From: Acidobacteriota bacterium
GTDB taxonomy: Bacteria; Acidobacteriota; UBA890; WLXD01
NCBI GenBank assembly: GCA_963666215.2
Contig: CAXWPL010000004.1
Span: 672,001-736,000 of the forward strand
Direction: 5' to 3'
DNA: 64,000 nt
Shown: positions 39,935 to 49,860 of the stretch, in pieces
Position numbering within the stretch: position 1 is the first letter of the stretch
How the letters are laid out: the number at the start of each line of letters is the position of its first letter
Notes under the pieces: generated by a model
Databases searched by the model: none
What the model was told of the DNA's origin: nothing
What the model saw: only the letters and a program-made list of their open reading frames with translations
Position numbers and translations under genes: made by a program

Positions 39935-41221
39935 CTATCCGGCGGAACGTCCGCGATGGCGCTCGATCAGCTCGGCGTAGAGATCCAGGTAGAGAGGAAT
40001 CGCCGAGCGCCAGCTGAAGCTCTCCTCGCACAACGCCTGGCCCGCGGCCCCGAGCGATTCGCGATCGGTCGCGGCGGCCTCGAGCAGCGCGGCGGAGAGC
40101 GCGTCGATGTCCCCGGGTTGCACCAGGAAGCCAGTCTCGCCGTCAAGGACCTTGTCGCGCAATCCTCCGGTATCGCTGGCGATCACACCCAGCCCGTGCG
40201 CCATCGCCTCCAGGGTGACGAGACTCGAGCCCTCGTACAGCGTCGGATGAACGAACCAGTCAGCACGCGCCAAGAGGCCATGCTTGACCTCCTCGGCCAC
40301 GAATCCGGCGAGGCGACAGCGATTGCCGAGCCCTGCGTTACGAATCGCCGCCTCGAGCTCGGGGCGATTGGGGCCGTCCCCAACGAGCAGCCAGCCCCAT
40401 CCGGGCGGCAGCCGATCACCAGCACGCGCGAGGGCCTGCGGCAAGAGGTCGAATCCCTTGTTGGGCGCGATTCGCCCCACCGACACGAACAACGGATCGG
40501 AGTCCTCGAGCCCGTGCTCGGCAAGCAACGCGGCGGCGGCCTGTCGATCAGCAGCGGCGCGGCAGGCCTCGGGGTTGACCACGTTGGGAACAACACGGAC
40601 CTTGCTAGCGGCGATGCGATGGTACCGGCAGGCGCTATCGAACAGGGCGCGGTCGGTGGCGATGACGAGCTCGCTGTCTCGCGCCACCCGTCGCATGCCG
40701 GCGCGGAACGGGGCGTACGCCAGGTGCTTGAGTCGGCCGGGGGAACGGAACTCCTCCATGCCCTGTGTGGTGAGCAGCAGCGGTGCTCGCAGCCTGCCGC
40801 GGCGGGAGCGCCGAGCGAGCCCCCAGCCCGCCAGACCGTGTACGTGAACGACGTCCACGTCGTCGTCGAGCCAGGCTGCTACGCGCAACGACCACGCCGG
40901 GTAGTTGGTGTTGCGATCGAGCACCACGGTGCCGCGCTTGCGGCCGATCGGCAGCCAGTTGCCCGGCACCCAGTGGACGCCAACGCCCCGCTCGAACGCG
41001 GCAGCGGCGTCGACGGCACGCGACGCCTCCAACGGGCTCTCGCTGTAAAGCGTCACCCGGACGCCAGCGCGCGCGAGATGTTGCACCTGATCGTGGACCG
41101 CGCTCTCCAGCCCCCCGGGGCCGTGCGCCGGGTGCACGCGCCGCGACACCACGGCAACACGTGGCCCGTCGGCGGTCGCAACCGACCGCCTCTCGGTCGA
41201 CGGACGAATTGCGCTAGCCAC
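39935..41221 (-). CDS. glycosyltransferase family 4
   Basis: GPGGLE, VGRIAPNKG, EGSSLVTLEAM. Confidence 0.9.
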   Translation of the reverse strand: MASAIRPSTERRSVATADGPRVAVVSRRVHPAHGPGGLESAVHDQVQHLARAGVRVTLYSESPLEASRAVDAAAAFERGVGVHWVPGNWLPIGRKRGTVVLDRNTNYPAWSLRVAAWLDDDVDVVHVHGLAGWGLARRSRRGRLRAPLLLTTQGMEEFRSPGRLKHLAYAPFRAGMRRVARDSELVIATDRALFDSACRYHRIAASKVRVVPNVVNPEACRAAADRQAAAALLAEHGLEDSDPLFVSVGRIAPNKGFDLLPQALARAGDRLPPGWGWLLVGDGPNRPELEAAIRNAGLGNRCRLAGFVAEEVKHGLLARADWFVHPTLYEGSSLVTLEAMAHGLGVIASDTGGLRDKVLDGETGFLVQPGDIDALSAALLEAAATDRESLGAAGQALCEESFSWRSAIPLYLDLYAELIERHRGRSAG

Positions 41222-42644
41222 CCTGCTCGCCTCGGCTGGATTGAGCTCGCCCCACCGCAGCGAGCGCGTCGTCGTAGGCCTGCAGAATCTGCGGATACAC
41301 GCGGTCTGGCGCGAACGAATCGCGCACCGTCTGCAGCGCATTGCCGCCCGCTCGATTGCGCTCGTCGATGCTCGACAAGGCGTCGAGCGCCGCAGCCAGG
41401 TCGGCCGCGCTGTCCACCAGCCAGCCGTTGTCGCCGTGTCGAATCACTTCGCGACTGCTGCCGGTGGCCCAGGCCACAACCGGGGTCCCGAGCGACATGG
41501 ACTCGAGCATCACGCGCGACAGCGGCTCCTCCCATGCGCTCGGCAGCAGCACCGCCGCGGCCCCCTGCATGAGCGCCAGAAGACGATCGTGATCGGCCCA
41601 ATCGAGCCAGACGACATCGAGGCCGGCCGCGATTGCATCGCGCTCCAGCCGGTCGCGTAGGGGGCCACGCCCGGTTACCACCAGAGGCAGGCACGGTAGA
41701 TTCGATCGCAGACTCCGAGCCTCAGCGAGCGTCGCGATCATGCGATCGAATCCTTTGGCAGAGCTGATCTTGCCGGCCGCCAACAGGTAGCGACCGGGGT
41801 GGCGCGCGCCGAGAGCCTCGGCGGTCGCGGCAAGACCAGCGGCGACGCTTGTCGCCGCCGTCGCCGCTGTTTGCTCTGGATCGACGATGTTGGCAACAAC
41901 GCGAAGGTCAACGTCGGGCAGCCCCGTTGCCTGCAGAGCCATCTGCGGAGCGACCAGCGCGCGCATCGTCTCGCTTACGGCAATCAGCTTCGCCGGTGCG
42001 ATCTGAGCCCGCCGCGTCGACATACGCCGGCGCGCCCAAGGAACCAGGCCCAGCGCCAGCGGCCGCGGCAGGCGGTAGTTCTCGTTCATGCAACCAACCA
42101 GATTCCTCGCCGTGCAGCCGCTACAGCGCTGATCGCCCCACCAGGTTGTGCCGTGCAGGCAAACCGGCCAATGGTCGCGGATTGTTACCAGCGCGCCGCG
42201 CCCCGCATGGATGGCGGCGGCCACCGAGGCAGGGCCGCTGTGCAGGTGCTGGGCGTGCAGCAGGTCGATCTCAGGCTCCTCTTCCAGGATGCTGGCGAGC
42301 GCGGCTCGCAGCGCCCGGTAGGTGAAGTCGGGCCCACCGAGGCGCCGAGACAGCTTGCTACGCTCGGCACCGAGGCCGACGGTACGCACGTCGAAGCCGT
42401 CGTAGGTGCGCGACGAGTTGCGCGCGGTCGACCTGTCGACCTCGACGACACGCACCGTGTGCCCTTGGTCGCGTAGTGTGGTCACCAGTGAGTGCGTGCT
42501 CCAGCCGCTACCTCCACAGTCGGGCGGGTAGGCGTCGGTAACAATCATCGCCAACGGCGGCCGTCTTGCGCCTCTGGCGGGAATCAGGGGCGCGGTCTCC
42601 CTGGAATCCCCGGAATCCGCGCAGCGTTTCGTGTGCGGGCTCAC
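41214..42644 (-). CDS. glycosyltransferase family 4
   Basis: YPPDCGGSG, TIRDHWPVC...CSGC, WEEPLSRVMLESM. Confidence 0.88.
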   Translation of the reverse strand: MSPHTKRCADSGDSRETAPLIPARGARRPPLAMIVTDAYPPDCGGSGWSTHSLVTTLRDQGHTVRVVEVDRSTARNSSRTYDGFDVRTVGLGAERSKLSRRLGGPDFTYRALRAALASILEEEPEIDLLHAQHLHSGPASVAAAIHAGRGALVTIRDHWPVCLHGTTWWGDQRCSGCTARNLVGCMNENYRLPRPLALGLVPWARRRMSTRRAQIAPAKLIAVSETMRALVAPQMALQATGLPDVDLRVVANIVDPEQTAATAATSVAAGLAATAEALGARHPGRYLLAAGKISSAKGFDRMIATLAEARSLRSNLPCLPLVVTGRGPLRDRLERDAIAAGLDVVWLDWADHDRLLALMQGAAAVLLPSAWEEPLSRVMLESMSLGTPVVAWATGSSREVIRHGDNGWLVDSAADLAAALDALSSIDERNRAGGNALQTVRDSFAPDRVYPQILQAYDDALAAVGRAQSSRGEQGG

Positions 42645-43906
42645 TGCCGCGCCTCCTCAACGGCGCGCAGCATGTCCTGCGCCCCGGCGCTCCACTGGTA
42701 CATGGAATCAACGTGGCGGCTTCCCGCCGCGCCGAGGCTGGCGCCCGCATCGGGAAGACTCAGGACACGCGCAACGGCGGCCGCTATGGCCGCGGGCTCC
42801 GGACGCACGAGGAAACCGGTCTCGCCGTCGATGACGTTCGCGGCCACCCCTCCCTCGTCCACCGCCACCACGGGCAGACCGCAGTACGCCGCCTCCATGA
42901 TCGAGAGCCCCAGCGATTCCTCGCTCGCCGCGTGCACGTAGCAGCGGGCCGCCCGGTAGCGCGCCGCGAGCTCGGCCTCGGGCACGAAGCCGGCGAAGCG
43001 CACGTGTGCTTCGACGCCGAGCTCAACGGCGAGCTTTTCGAGAGCCTGCAGCTCGGGCCCAGCGCCAACGATCTCGAGGACCTTCGGCGCTCTGATAGTC
43101 CTACTCGCCTCGAGGTCCACGAGGAGCTGGCCCGCCGGGGCAGGCTCGCTGGCCGCATCCGTGGACTCGACGGCATCGAGCTCGGCGAGGGCGCGGATCA
43201 CCAGGTCGACACGTTTTCGCGGATGCAGGTAGTTTACCGTAATCAGGTCGGTTGTCGCGTTGCCCCGGCGGCCACTAGCGTCGGTGGAGTCGGGCCCCTT
43301 CGCCGCGTCGAGACGGGCGCGATCGAGGCCGTGTGTAACCGCAATCGCTGGGCGCCCGTAAATCTCCTCGATGCGCGCCGCGGGGTACGGACCAACACAG
43401 GTCACAGCACCGGCTTGGCGGACGAGCCAGCGATCAAAAGCTCGATACAGAACCAACAGCGGCTTCAACAGCAGGCGCCACGGCCCGAGACGCTGCAGCA
43501 CCAATTCGTGATCTCGATAGAGGGCCCGCGGCGGCTCGAAGCTGTGCACCACAACGGCAACGCGGCTCCGTCGCAGCCTCAGGAGCGCCAGAATCGACGC
43601 CGCCGGGCCCACCAGCACGTAGGCGTCGGCCGCTGGGTCGAGCAGGCGCCTGAGCCTGCCGACGCGCGCGTAGTCGAGAACGGCGTTGAGGTAGTGGCTG
43701 CGCGACCACTCGAGTCGAATTCCCGTTTGCACCAGCTGCACACGGGAATCGAGCAGCGGCTCGCACGAGGTGTGGAACCGATGACACAGAATCCGCGGCT
43801 TGTGCCCGGCGTCGGCGAGCGCCCGTGCCAACTCCAGGATCGAGCGCTCGGCGCCCGAGAGAATCTTGAAGCGTGGGAACACGAAGTCCAGGCGCAAGCT
43901 GCTCAC
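42641..43906 (-). CDS. glycosyltransferase family 4
   Basis: SGAERS, HPRKRVD, EESLGLSIMEA. Confidence 0.88.
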   Translation of the reverse strand: MSSLRLDFVFPRFKILSGAERSILELARALADAGHKPRILCHRFHTSCEPLLDSRVQLVQTGIRLEWSRSHYLNAVLDYARVGRLRRLLDPAADAYVLVGPAASILALLRLRRSRVAVVVHSFEPPRALYRDHELVLQRLGPWRLLLKPLLVLYRAFDRWLVRQAGAVTCVGPYPAARIEEIYGRPAIAVTHGLDRARLDAAKGPDSTDASGRRGNATTDLITVNYLHPRKRVDLVIRALAELDAVESTDAASEPAPAGQLLVDLEASRTIRAPKVLEIVGAGPELQALEKLAVELGVEAHVRFAGFVPEAELAARYRAARCYVHAASEESLGLSIMEAAYCGLPVVAVDEGGVAANVIDGETGFLVRPEPAAIAAAVARVLSLPDAGASLGAAGSRHVDSMYQWSAGAQDMLRAVEEARQ

Positions 43907-45195
43907 CGCCGATCCGGGTTGGCGCGCTCGTCGTGGGACACTCGATCGTAGATCTCCTCGAAGCCGGCCGCTACACGGTCCCAGCCGAGGTCGGCGATGG
44001 CTCTCGCGCGCGCGCCCTGTCCGAGCCGCCCGGCCAGAGCCTCGTTGTCGAGCAGGCTCGCCAGCGCGTCGGCAAGCTGCTCGTGGTCACCCGGCGGTAC
44101 CAGCAGCCCGTCGACCTCGTGGCGCAGCACTTCCGGAATGCCGGCAACCGCGCTCGCCACCACAGGTGTGCCGCTCGCCAGTCCTTCGAGCAGAGTGTTC
44201 GGCAAGCCGTCGACGTTGCCGGACGCGTCGCGCACCGAGGGCACGGTGACAGCGTCGGCAGCGCCATAGTAGGCGGGAAGCTCGCGGTGCGGCAGCGCTC
44301 CGACAAGGTGTAGGGCCTCCGCCACACCGCTTTGGCTCGCGATGGCATGAAGTTCTGCGGCCAAGGGTCCGGCGCCGACAATGAGCAACTGAACGCCGGG
44401 ATGCCGCAGGCGCAGGCGCGGCAACGCGCCTACCAGAGTCTCGAAGCCCTTCTTGTGGACCAACCGTCCTACCGCGAGCACCCACGGGCTGTCGGGGTGG
44501 AGGTGGTGCCGTTCGGCGATCTGCCGCCGCTCCGCCGCCCGGCGATCGGGGCCCATCGGCGCGAAGGTGTCGACATCGACGCCGTAGGGCTGCCACGTCG
44601 GCGCGTCGGCGCCGAGCTCCCCGAGTCGGCGAACCAGGTCGCTCGAACACCCGGTGGTTGCGGCGGCCCGGCGCAGCGCGTAAGCGGCCAGTCGCCGTCC
44701 CCAAGCCGTGCGCTCGGCCATATAGACGCCACTACCGTGGCACGAGATCACCATCGGCGTGCCCGGCGCGCCTGCGGCCGCGGCCATGATGGGTGCGTTC
44801 GGCAGCAACCAGTGCGCGTGCACAAGATCGTAGCGTCGTGCCCGCATCAACCGGCGGATGTTCGCTGCCGAGCTCAGCGCCGCGGGAACCGCGGCCAGGT
44901 AGGCATCGAATCGCAACTTCTTGTCGGCATGCAAGCCTTGCGCGTAGCCCCACGGGTGCCAGGAACGGTACGGGCTGTAGCGAAACGCGTGTAGCGTCGC
45001 GAGCGTGTCGTCACGGTTCAGCTGCAGATCCGGGTGCCATGGAACGAGCACATCGACCTCGTGCCCGCGCCGCGCCAGTCCCTCGCTAATCTCGCGGATG
45101 AAGACAGCGTCGCTGGCGCCGGCATGCAGCGGGTAGGTCGTCGCCAGGTGCAAGACCCGCCGCGGCGTGGCGGCACGCGCGCTCGGCGCGGTCAT
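43903..45195 (-). CDS. glycosyltransferase family 4
   Basis: VHAHWLLP, VGRLVHKKG, DGLPNTLLEG. Confidence 0.9.
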   Translation of the reverse strand: MTAPSARAATPRRVLHLATTYPLHAGASDAVFIREISEGLARRGHEVDVLVPWHPDLQLNRDDTLATLHAFRYSPYRSWHPWGYAQGLHADKKLRFDAYLAAVPAALSSAANIRRLMRARRYDLVHAHWLLPNAPIMAAAAGAPGTPMVISCHGSGVYMAERTAWGRRLAAYALRRAAATTGCSSDLVRRLGELGADAPTWQPYGVDVDTFAPMGPDRRAAERRQIAERHHLHPDSPWVLAVGRLVHKKGFETLVGALPRLRLRHPGVQLLIVGAGPLAAELHAIASQSGVAEALHLVGALPHRELPAYYGAADAVTVPSVRDASGNVDGLPNTLLEGLASGTPVVASAVAGIPEVLRHEVDGLLVPPGDHEQLADALASLLDNEALAGRLGQGARARAIADLGWDRVAAGFEEIYDRVSHDERANPDRR

Positions 45196-45206
45196 CGCGT
45201 GAGCGC

Positions 45207-46082
45207 CTACTGTCGGCGCTCGAGCCGCATCAGCGCGATCTGCTCTGAGATGAGGCCGATCAGGAAGATGAACAGACTCGCGAGGCACATGAGCACCGAG
45301 GTGTTGGTCACCGTGGTGACCGTCGCGATCGTGTACACGCCGTTGCCGGCACCCACGGCGAACAGCAGCGCGGCGAGTGGCAAGAAGACCCGGAGCGGCG
45401 AAAACAGGGTCACGATCCGCAGAGTAATCAGGAAGAACTTGAGGCCATCGCGCAGCAGCCGGATCTTGCTGTTGCCAACGCGGTGAGAAACGTTGATCGG
45501 CTCGAAACCGACGCTGTATCCGGCCTTGATAAAGGCGAGCGTGCTGGTAATCGGATACGAGAACCCGTTGGGGTACAGAGGCAAGAACTCGAGCATTGGC
45601 ACACGTCGCGCCGCCCGGAAGCCCGAAGTGATGTCAGGAATGCGGCGTTCGGCGAGATACGAAGCCAGGCGAGTGTAGAAGGCGTTGCCCAACCGCCGCA
45701 GCAGTCCTCCGCCCGCGCCCTTGCTGCGTGTGCCGATCACCATGTCGTACTCGTCGAGTCGCGCAACGAGCTTGGCGATTTCGTGTGGATCGTGCTGTCC
45801 GTCGGCGTCGAGCAGGCACAGCCGCTCGCCCCTGGCCGCGCGCAGCCCGCTCTTGACCGCGGCGCCGTTTCCTTTGTTGTACGGATGCCGCACAACACGA
45901 GCGCCGGCATCTACGGCCGCCGCATGGGTGCCATCGTCGGAGCCGTCGTCGACGACGATGATCTCCCAGTCCGCCCCCGCAGGGAGCGCGTCGTGCATGC
46001 GCCGCAGAACGTCGCCGATGACCGCGCCTTCGTTATAGGCCGGGATGATGATGCTCACGTCAGGCACGATCGCCTCGCACAT
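45207..46082 (-). CDS. glycosyltransferase family 2 (DPM1-like) with C-terminal TM helices
   Basis: IIPAYNE, VVDDGSDD, DADGQH, DITSGFRA. Confidence 0.92.
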   Translation of the reverse strand: MCEAIVPDVSIIIPAYNEGAVIGDVLRRMHDALPAGADWEIIVVDDGSDDGTHAAAVDAGARVVRHPYNKGNGAAVKSGLRAARGERLCLLDADGQHDPHEIAKLVARLDEYDMVIGTRSKGAGGGLLRRLGNAFYTRLASYLAERRIPDITSGFRAARRVPMLEFLPLYPNGFSYPITSTLAFIKAGYSVGFEPINVSHRVGNSKIRLLRDGLKFFLITLRIVTLFSPLRVFLPLAALLFAVGAGNGVYTIATVTTVTNTSVLMCLASLFIFLIGLISEQIALMRLERRQ

Positions 46083-47088
46083 GACCAGCGGGCGCGTCGG
46101 CGTCGCTATCGACAGAGGTGGCCCGCGCGGCAAGCAACCTCGCGGACTTCTCCGCGTCGGCGCGTCGCAGCAAGTAGAGGACTTCTTCCGTGAGCGTGCG
46201 GTTACTTGCCAACAGGTCCGCCAGCACCCCGAGGACAACCACCTGAAAGCCGACGATCGACAGGATCGCGGCCAGAATCAACGACTGGAGGTTGCCACCC
46301 GCTCCCTCGCGCAGTGCGCTGAGAACCAGAAAGCGCACGCCGAGAGCGACCGCTGCCACCAGGAAGAAGGCTCCAATCGTCAGAAAAACGCGCAGCGGCT
46401 GATACATCGTGTACGCGCGAGCCATCGCCCCGGTCGCCTGGGCCACGTAGCGACTGGTGCTGGCCGCAAGTCGCGAGGGGCGCTCGGTATGACGCGCACG
46501 TATCGGCACATCGACAATCTGGAGGCGCCGCTTGCCGGCCTGGATGAGGGTCTCGAGCGTGTAGCTGAACTCGCTGACGACGTTGATCCGCAGGGCAGCC
46601 TCGCGGCTGTAGGCGCGAAAGCCGCTGGTCGAGTCGGCAACGGTGGTTCCCGACAGGCGCCGCATCGTCCACGACCCGAGACGCTGGAGGAAGCGCTTAC
46701 CCACCGAGAAGTGACTCAACGTCCCCGGATCGCGATCGCCAATCGTGATGTCGGCCTCGGCCGCAAGGATCGGGGCGATCAGACGCGGGATGGCCGTCCC
46801 GTCATACTGGTTGTCGCCGTCGGTGTTGACAATCACGTCGGCCCCGGCACGCAGGGCGGCGTCGATGCCGGCTTTGAAGCCTCGGGCCAGGCCGCGCTGA
46901 CCCCGGAACCGAATGAGGTGATTGACGTTGTGCGCGCGCGCCACTTCTGATGTGCCGTCGGTGCTGCCATCGTCGATGACGAGGATCTCGACGGAGTCAA
47001 TCCCGTCGATCTGGCGAGGAATCGCCGCCAGCGTACTTGGCAGTGTCTTCGCCTCGTTGTGGCACGGAATCTGGATAACGAGCTTCAT
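46060..47088 (-). CDS. glycosyltransferase family 2 (DPM1-like) with C-terminal TM helices
   Basis: QIPCHNE, IDDGSTD, NTDGDNQY, DSTSGFRA. Confidence 0.92.
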   Translation of the reverse strand: MKLVIQIPCHNEAKTLPSTLAAIPRQIDGIDSVEILVIDDGSTDGTSEVARAHNVNHLIRFRGQRGLARGFKAGIDAALRAGADVIVNTDGDNQYDGTAIPRLIAPILAAEADITIGDRDPGTLSHFSVGKRFLQRLGSWTMRRLSGTTVADSTSGFRAYSREAALRINVVSEFSYTLETLIQAGKRRLQIVDVPIRARHTERPSRLAASTSRYVAQATGAMARAYTMYQPLRVFLTIGAFFLVAAVALGVRFLVLSALREGAGGNLQSLILAAILSIVGFQVVVLGVLADLLASNRTLTEEVLYLLRRADAEKSARLLAARATSVDSDADAPAGHVRGDRA

Positions 47089-47100
47089 CGGAGTGCGATT

Positions 47101-49851
47101 CTAGCGCTCGGAGCGGGCCGGCTGCGCTCCCCATACGATGCGATCGACCTTCAGGCCCAGCGACCGCCGGTCGCTACCGCCAAAGTCACCAGGCCGGACG
47201 GCTTCGGTTCGCAGCTCGAGGAACGGCACATTGGAGGAGTCGGCCGCGTCGGGCGACCCCGGCGCGGCCCTCCCCAAGTTCGCCGTTGACGGGCTCCAGC
47301 CGGAGATCGGTACCACATATTCCTGCCAGTCTGGCGCCAGCGAGAAACTGGCCAGTCGGCGACCCTCCAGGTAAACGTCCATGGACTGAGGGCGCGCGCG
47401 ATCGCCGTAGGGAATGTCGTCGGCGTCGGCGATGATCGTGACCGTTTGTGCGTCGGGCGGCAAGCCTTCGAGCCAGAAGCCAGCGGTGGCCTTGGTCCAC
47501 CTGTAGGTACGGCCGAGGTCGTCGACCTCGGCCTCGTGCAGGCTCTCACCGTCGATCGACATATCGTCCCAGTGACCGATGTCGAGCTCGTCGGAGTACA
47601 CATCGGCGACACAGGTCGGGCTCAGCCGGTAGACGCGTCCAACGATGGTGAAGTGTTCCAAGGCCGTCGGCAACGCTGGGGACAGGCCGCTCTCGACGCG
47701 GCGGAAGTTGGCGTGCTCAGCAAGCCGCGAAGTACTGATTCGGATCTCTCCAGCGGGTACCGAGGCGATGTGCGGACGGTTCACGTAGCCCGTCGTGACC
47801 AGATACACCGGACGCCGCTCCGAGAACGCCGGGGTCGTCAGCTCGCGGAGCATTTCGGGTGAAAGATCGGGCGACGGCAAGCGCACCACGTCGCGATGTC
47901 CGCCAATCGCGAGCGGGATCTCGAACCGCTCTAGACCACGGAGCGTTCGTGGCTCGAACAGCACAAGGCTGTCGGGCTCGAAGATTGCCTCCAGCTCGTC
48001 CAGAAGTGCGGCGGTGCCTGGCAGCTCTTCGTGCATGGCATACCGCAGCGTCACGTCGATCTGATAACGAGCAACTGACACCAGCAGCGCCAAGACCGCG
48101 ATCACCACACCCGCGTCGAGTGCAGCGCGCAACCGGGCGTGCGACCGTGACTCCGGGCCGGAAGGAAGCAACCAATGGACGCCAGCGCGCCCGCGCTCCA
48201 GGAGTCGCCAACAGCCATATGCGGCGGCGAGAAACCCGAACGGCAGCACCGCCGCGACCCAACGGCGGTAGGCCCACATGAGGCTGGGGACAATCTGCTT
48301 GTGCCACAGTGTGAGCGCCGCGACGAATAGCAGGATCCCCAGAATCGCCCCGGTGCCACGGTGCGCGCTCCGATCGTGCAGCAGCAAGACGGTTCCAAGC
48401 ACAGCAACCGCGAACATAAACGGAGTCACCACCCAGGCAAACTCGATGAGGTTGTAGACGTCCCAGACGTGGTTGACCGAGTCACCCGCCGCCAGCGCGC
48501 GTCCAGCGAGGCGCGGCCACCACCAGTAGCCAGCTACCGACAGCAGCATGATTGCAGCCGTGAGTCCGTGGCGGAACAACAGGCCCGCCCTGTTCGTAGC
48601 CTGCAAGAATGCGTCGACGCGCGCCCGACGCTTCTCGCCCGATGGGCTATTGGCGCGCCGATGCAATCCGAAAAGCAACGCGATATAGCCGGTGCCACCG
48701 CCGAACACGACGAGCCCGGCTGTGGCCAGACTCACATCGCGTTGCTGCACGAGGTCGTTGTAATAGGGGGCCAGCCAGCCGATCGCGTGCACACCGCTGT
48801 GGAGCGTCAATAAACCCAGAGGCACCCAGAGGGCGACCACCGCGGAACGATCGAGCGTGCCTCGCGCGGCGTCTGTTGCCAGAAGCACGGCGAGCGGCAG
48901 CAAGAAGACAATCGGTTCCGCCTTCGCGAGCATCATGAGCCCAAAGCCGGCGGCGGTCAGCAAACCAAAGAATGGGTCCGCGTGGCGCCGTTGCAGGGTC
49001 AACGCGTAACAGCCGACCATGAGCATCGCTTGAACGGCAATCTCGGCTGCCGAGTATCGTGCGAACCAGGCCTGCGCGAAATTGCCGGCGAGCAGCACAG
49101 AGGCAAGCGCTGCCACCGCGGGATTGAGCAAGCGGCGCACGAAAAAGAAGAACGCGATCGCCGAGAAGATCGCCAACAGCGCTGCCATGCTCCCAGCGAA
49201 AGGCGCACCCGCCAGATGCCCGACCGCCAGCCAGACTGGGAACAGCGGCAGGGCCTGAGGAATCACACGCCCTGCCACGCGATCGTCCATGTAGAAGCCG
49301 ATGTACCGCTGGGGCTCGGGTCCGCCTCGGCGTGGTGGAAAGAAATACTGGCTGGCCTCGGCGCTGAGCGAACGTGCCAGTGAGTCTGTTTTGGCGACGC
49401 CCCCCGTGTCGGCGATCTGTACACCAAAGTAGTGGTAGACCCCGGGATCGCGCGCCTCGAGACGTACGTCGAAGGCCGGCAGATAGAGATGGACGCCAAT
49501 CGCAATCAGCAACACCAGGATCGCCGGCGAGAAGTCGGCCCCGGAACGAATCCGGGGAGCGATGCGGTGTTCGCGCGCGCCGGGCCGTGCGAACGCGAGC
49601 GCCAGGGCGGCCGCGGCGGTAACCAGGGTGGCCACCAGGCTCCAGCGGCCGAACAACCCTGCCTCGGTCAGCAGCACCCCGACCCAACCCACCGCGCAAA
49701 CCCCGAGGGCCACCTTGGCGAAAGCGCGCTCGATCAGCGGCACAAAGCGGGCCGGTGAGCTCGGCCTGACTCCGAGCTCGTAGGCGAAATGGCCGAGGGC
49801 GAAAGCTGCGACGGCGACCAGCAGCACAAACCATGACCCGGGGTCGAGCAT
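47101..49851 (-). CDS. polytopic membrane protein, probable GT-C-fold (ArnT/PMT-like) glycosyltransferase
   Basis: Many TM segments; RDPGVY acidic loop after the early helices; soluble C-terminal domain; glycosyltransferase context. Confidence 0.7.
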   Translation of the reverse strand: MLDPGSWFVLLVAVAAFALGHFAYELGVRPSSPARFVPLIERAFAKVALGVCAVGWVGVLLTEAGLFGRWSLVATLVTAAAALALAFARPGAREHRIAPRIRSGADFSPAILVLLIAIGVHLYLPAFDVRLEARDPGVYHYFGVQIADTGGVAKTDSLARSLSAEASQYFFPPRRGGPEPQRYIGFYMDDRVAGRVIPQALPLFPVWLAVGHLAGAPFAGSMAALLAIFSAIAFFFFVRRLLNPAVAALASVLLAGNFAQAWFARYSAAEIAVQAMLMVGCYALTLQRRHADPFFGLLTAAGFGLMMLAKAEPIVFLLPLAVLLATDAARGTLDRSAVVALWVPLGLLTLHSGVHAIGWLAPYYNDLVQQRDVSLATAGLVVFGGGTGYIALLFGLHRRANSPSGEKRRARVDAFLQATNRAGLLFRHGLTAAIMLLSVAGYWWWPRLAGRALAAGDSVNHVWDVYNLIEFAWVVTPFMFAVAVLGTVLLLHDRSAHRGTGAILGILLFVAALTLWHKQIVPSLMWAYRRWVAAVLPFGFLAAAYGCWRLLERGRAGVHWLLPSGPESRSHARLRAALDAGVVIAVLALLVSVARYQIDVTLRYAMHEELPGTAALLDELEAIFEPDSLVLFEPRTLRGLERFEIPLAIGGHRDVVRLPSPDLSPEMLRELTTPAFSERRPVYLVTTGYVNRPHIASVPAGEIRISTSRLAEHANFRRVESGLSPALPTALEHFTIVGRVYRLSPTCVADVYSDELDIGHWDDMSIDGESLHEAEVDDLGRTYRWTKATAGFWLEGLPPDAQTVTIIADADDIPYGDRARPQSMDVYLEGRRLASFSLAPDWQEYVVPISGWSPSTANLGRAAPGSPDAADSSNVPFLELRTEAVRPGDFGGSDRRSLGLKVDRIVWGAQPARSER

Positions 49852-49860
49852 CGCCTCAGG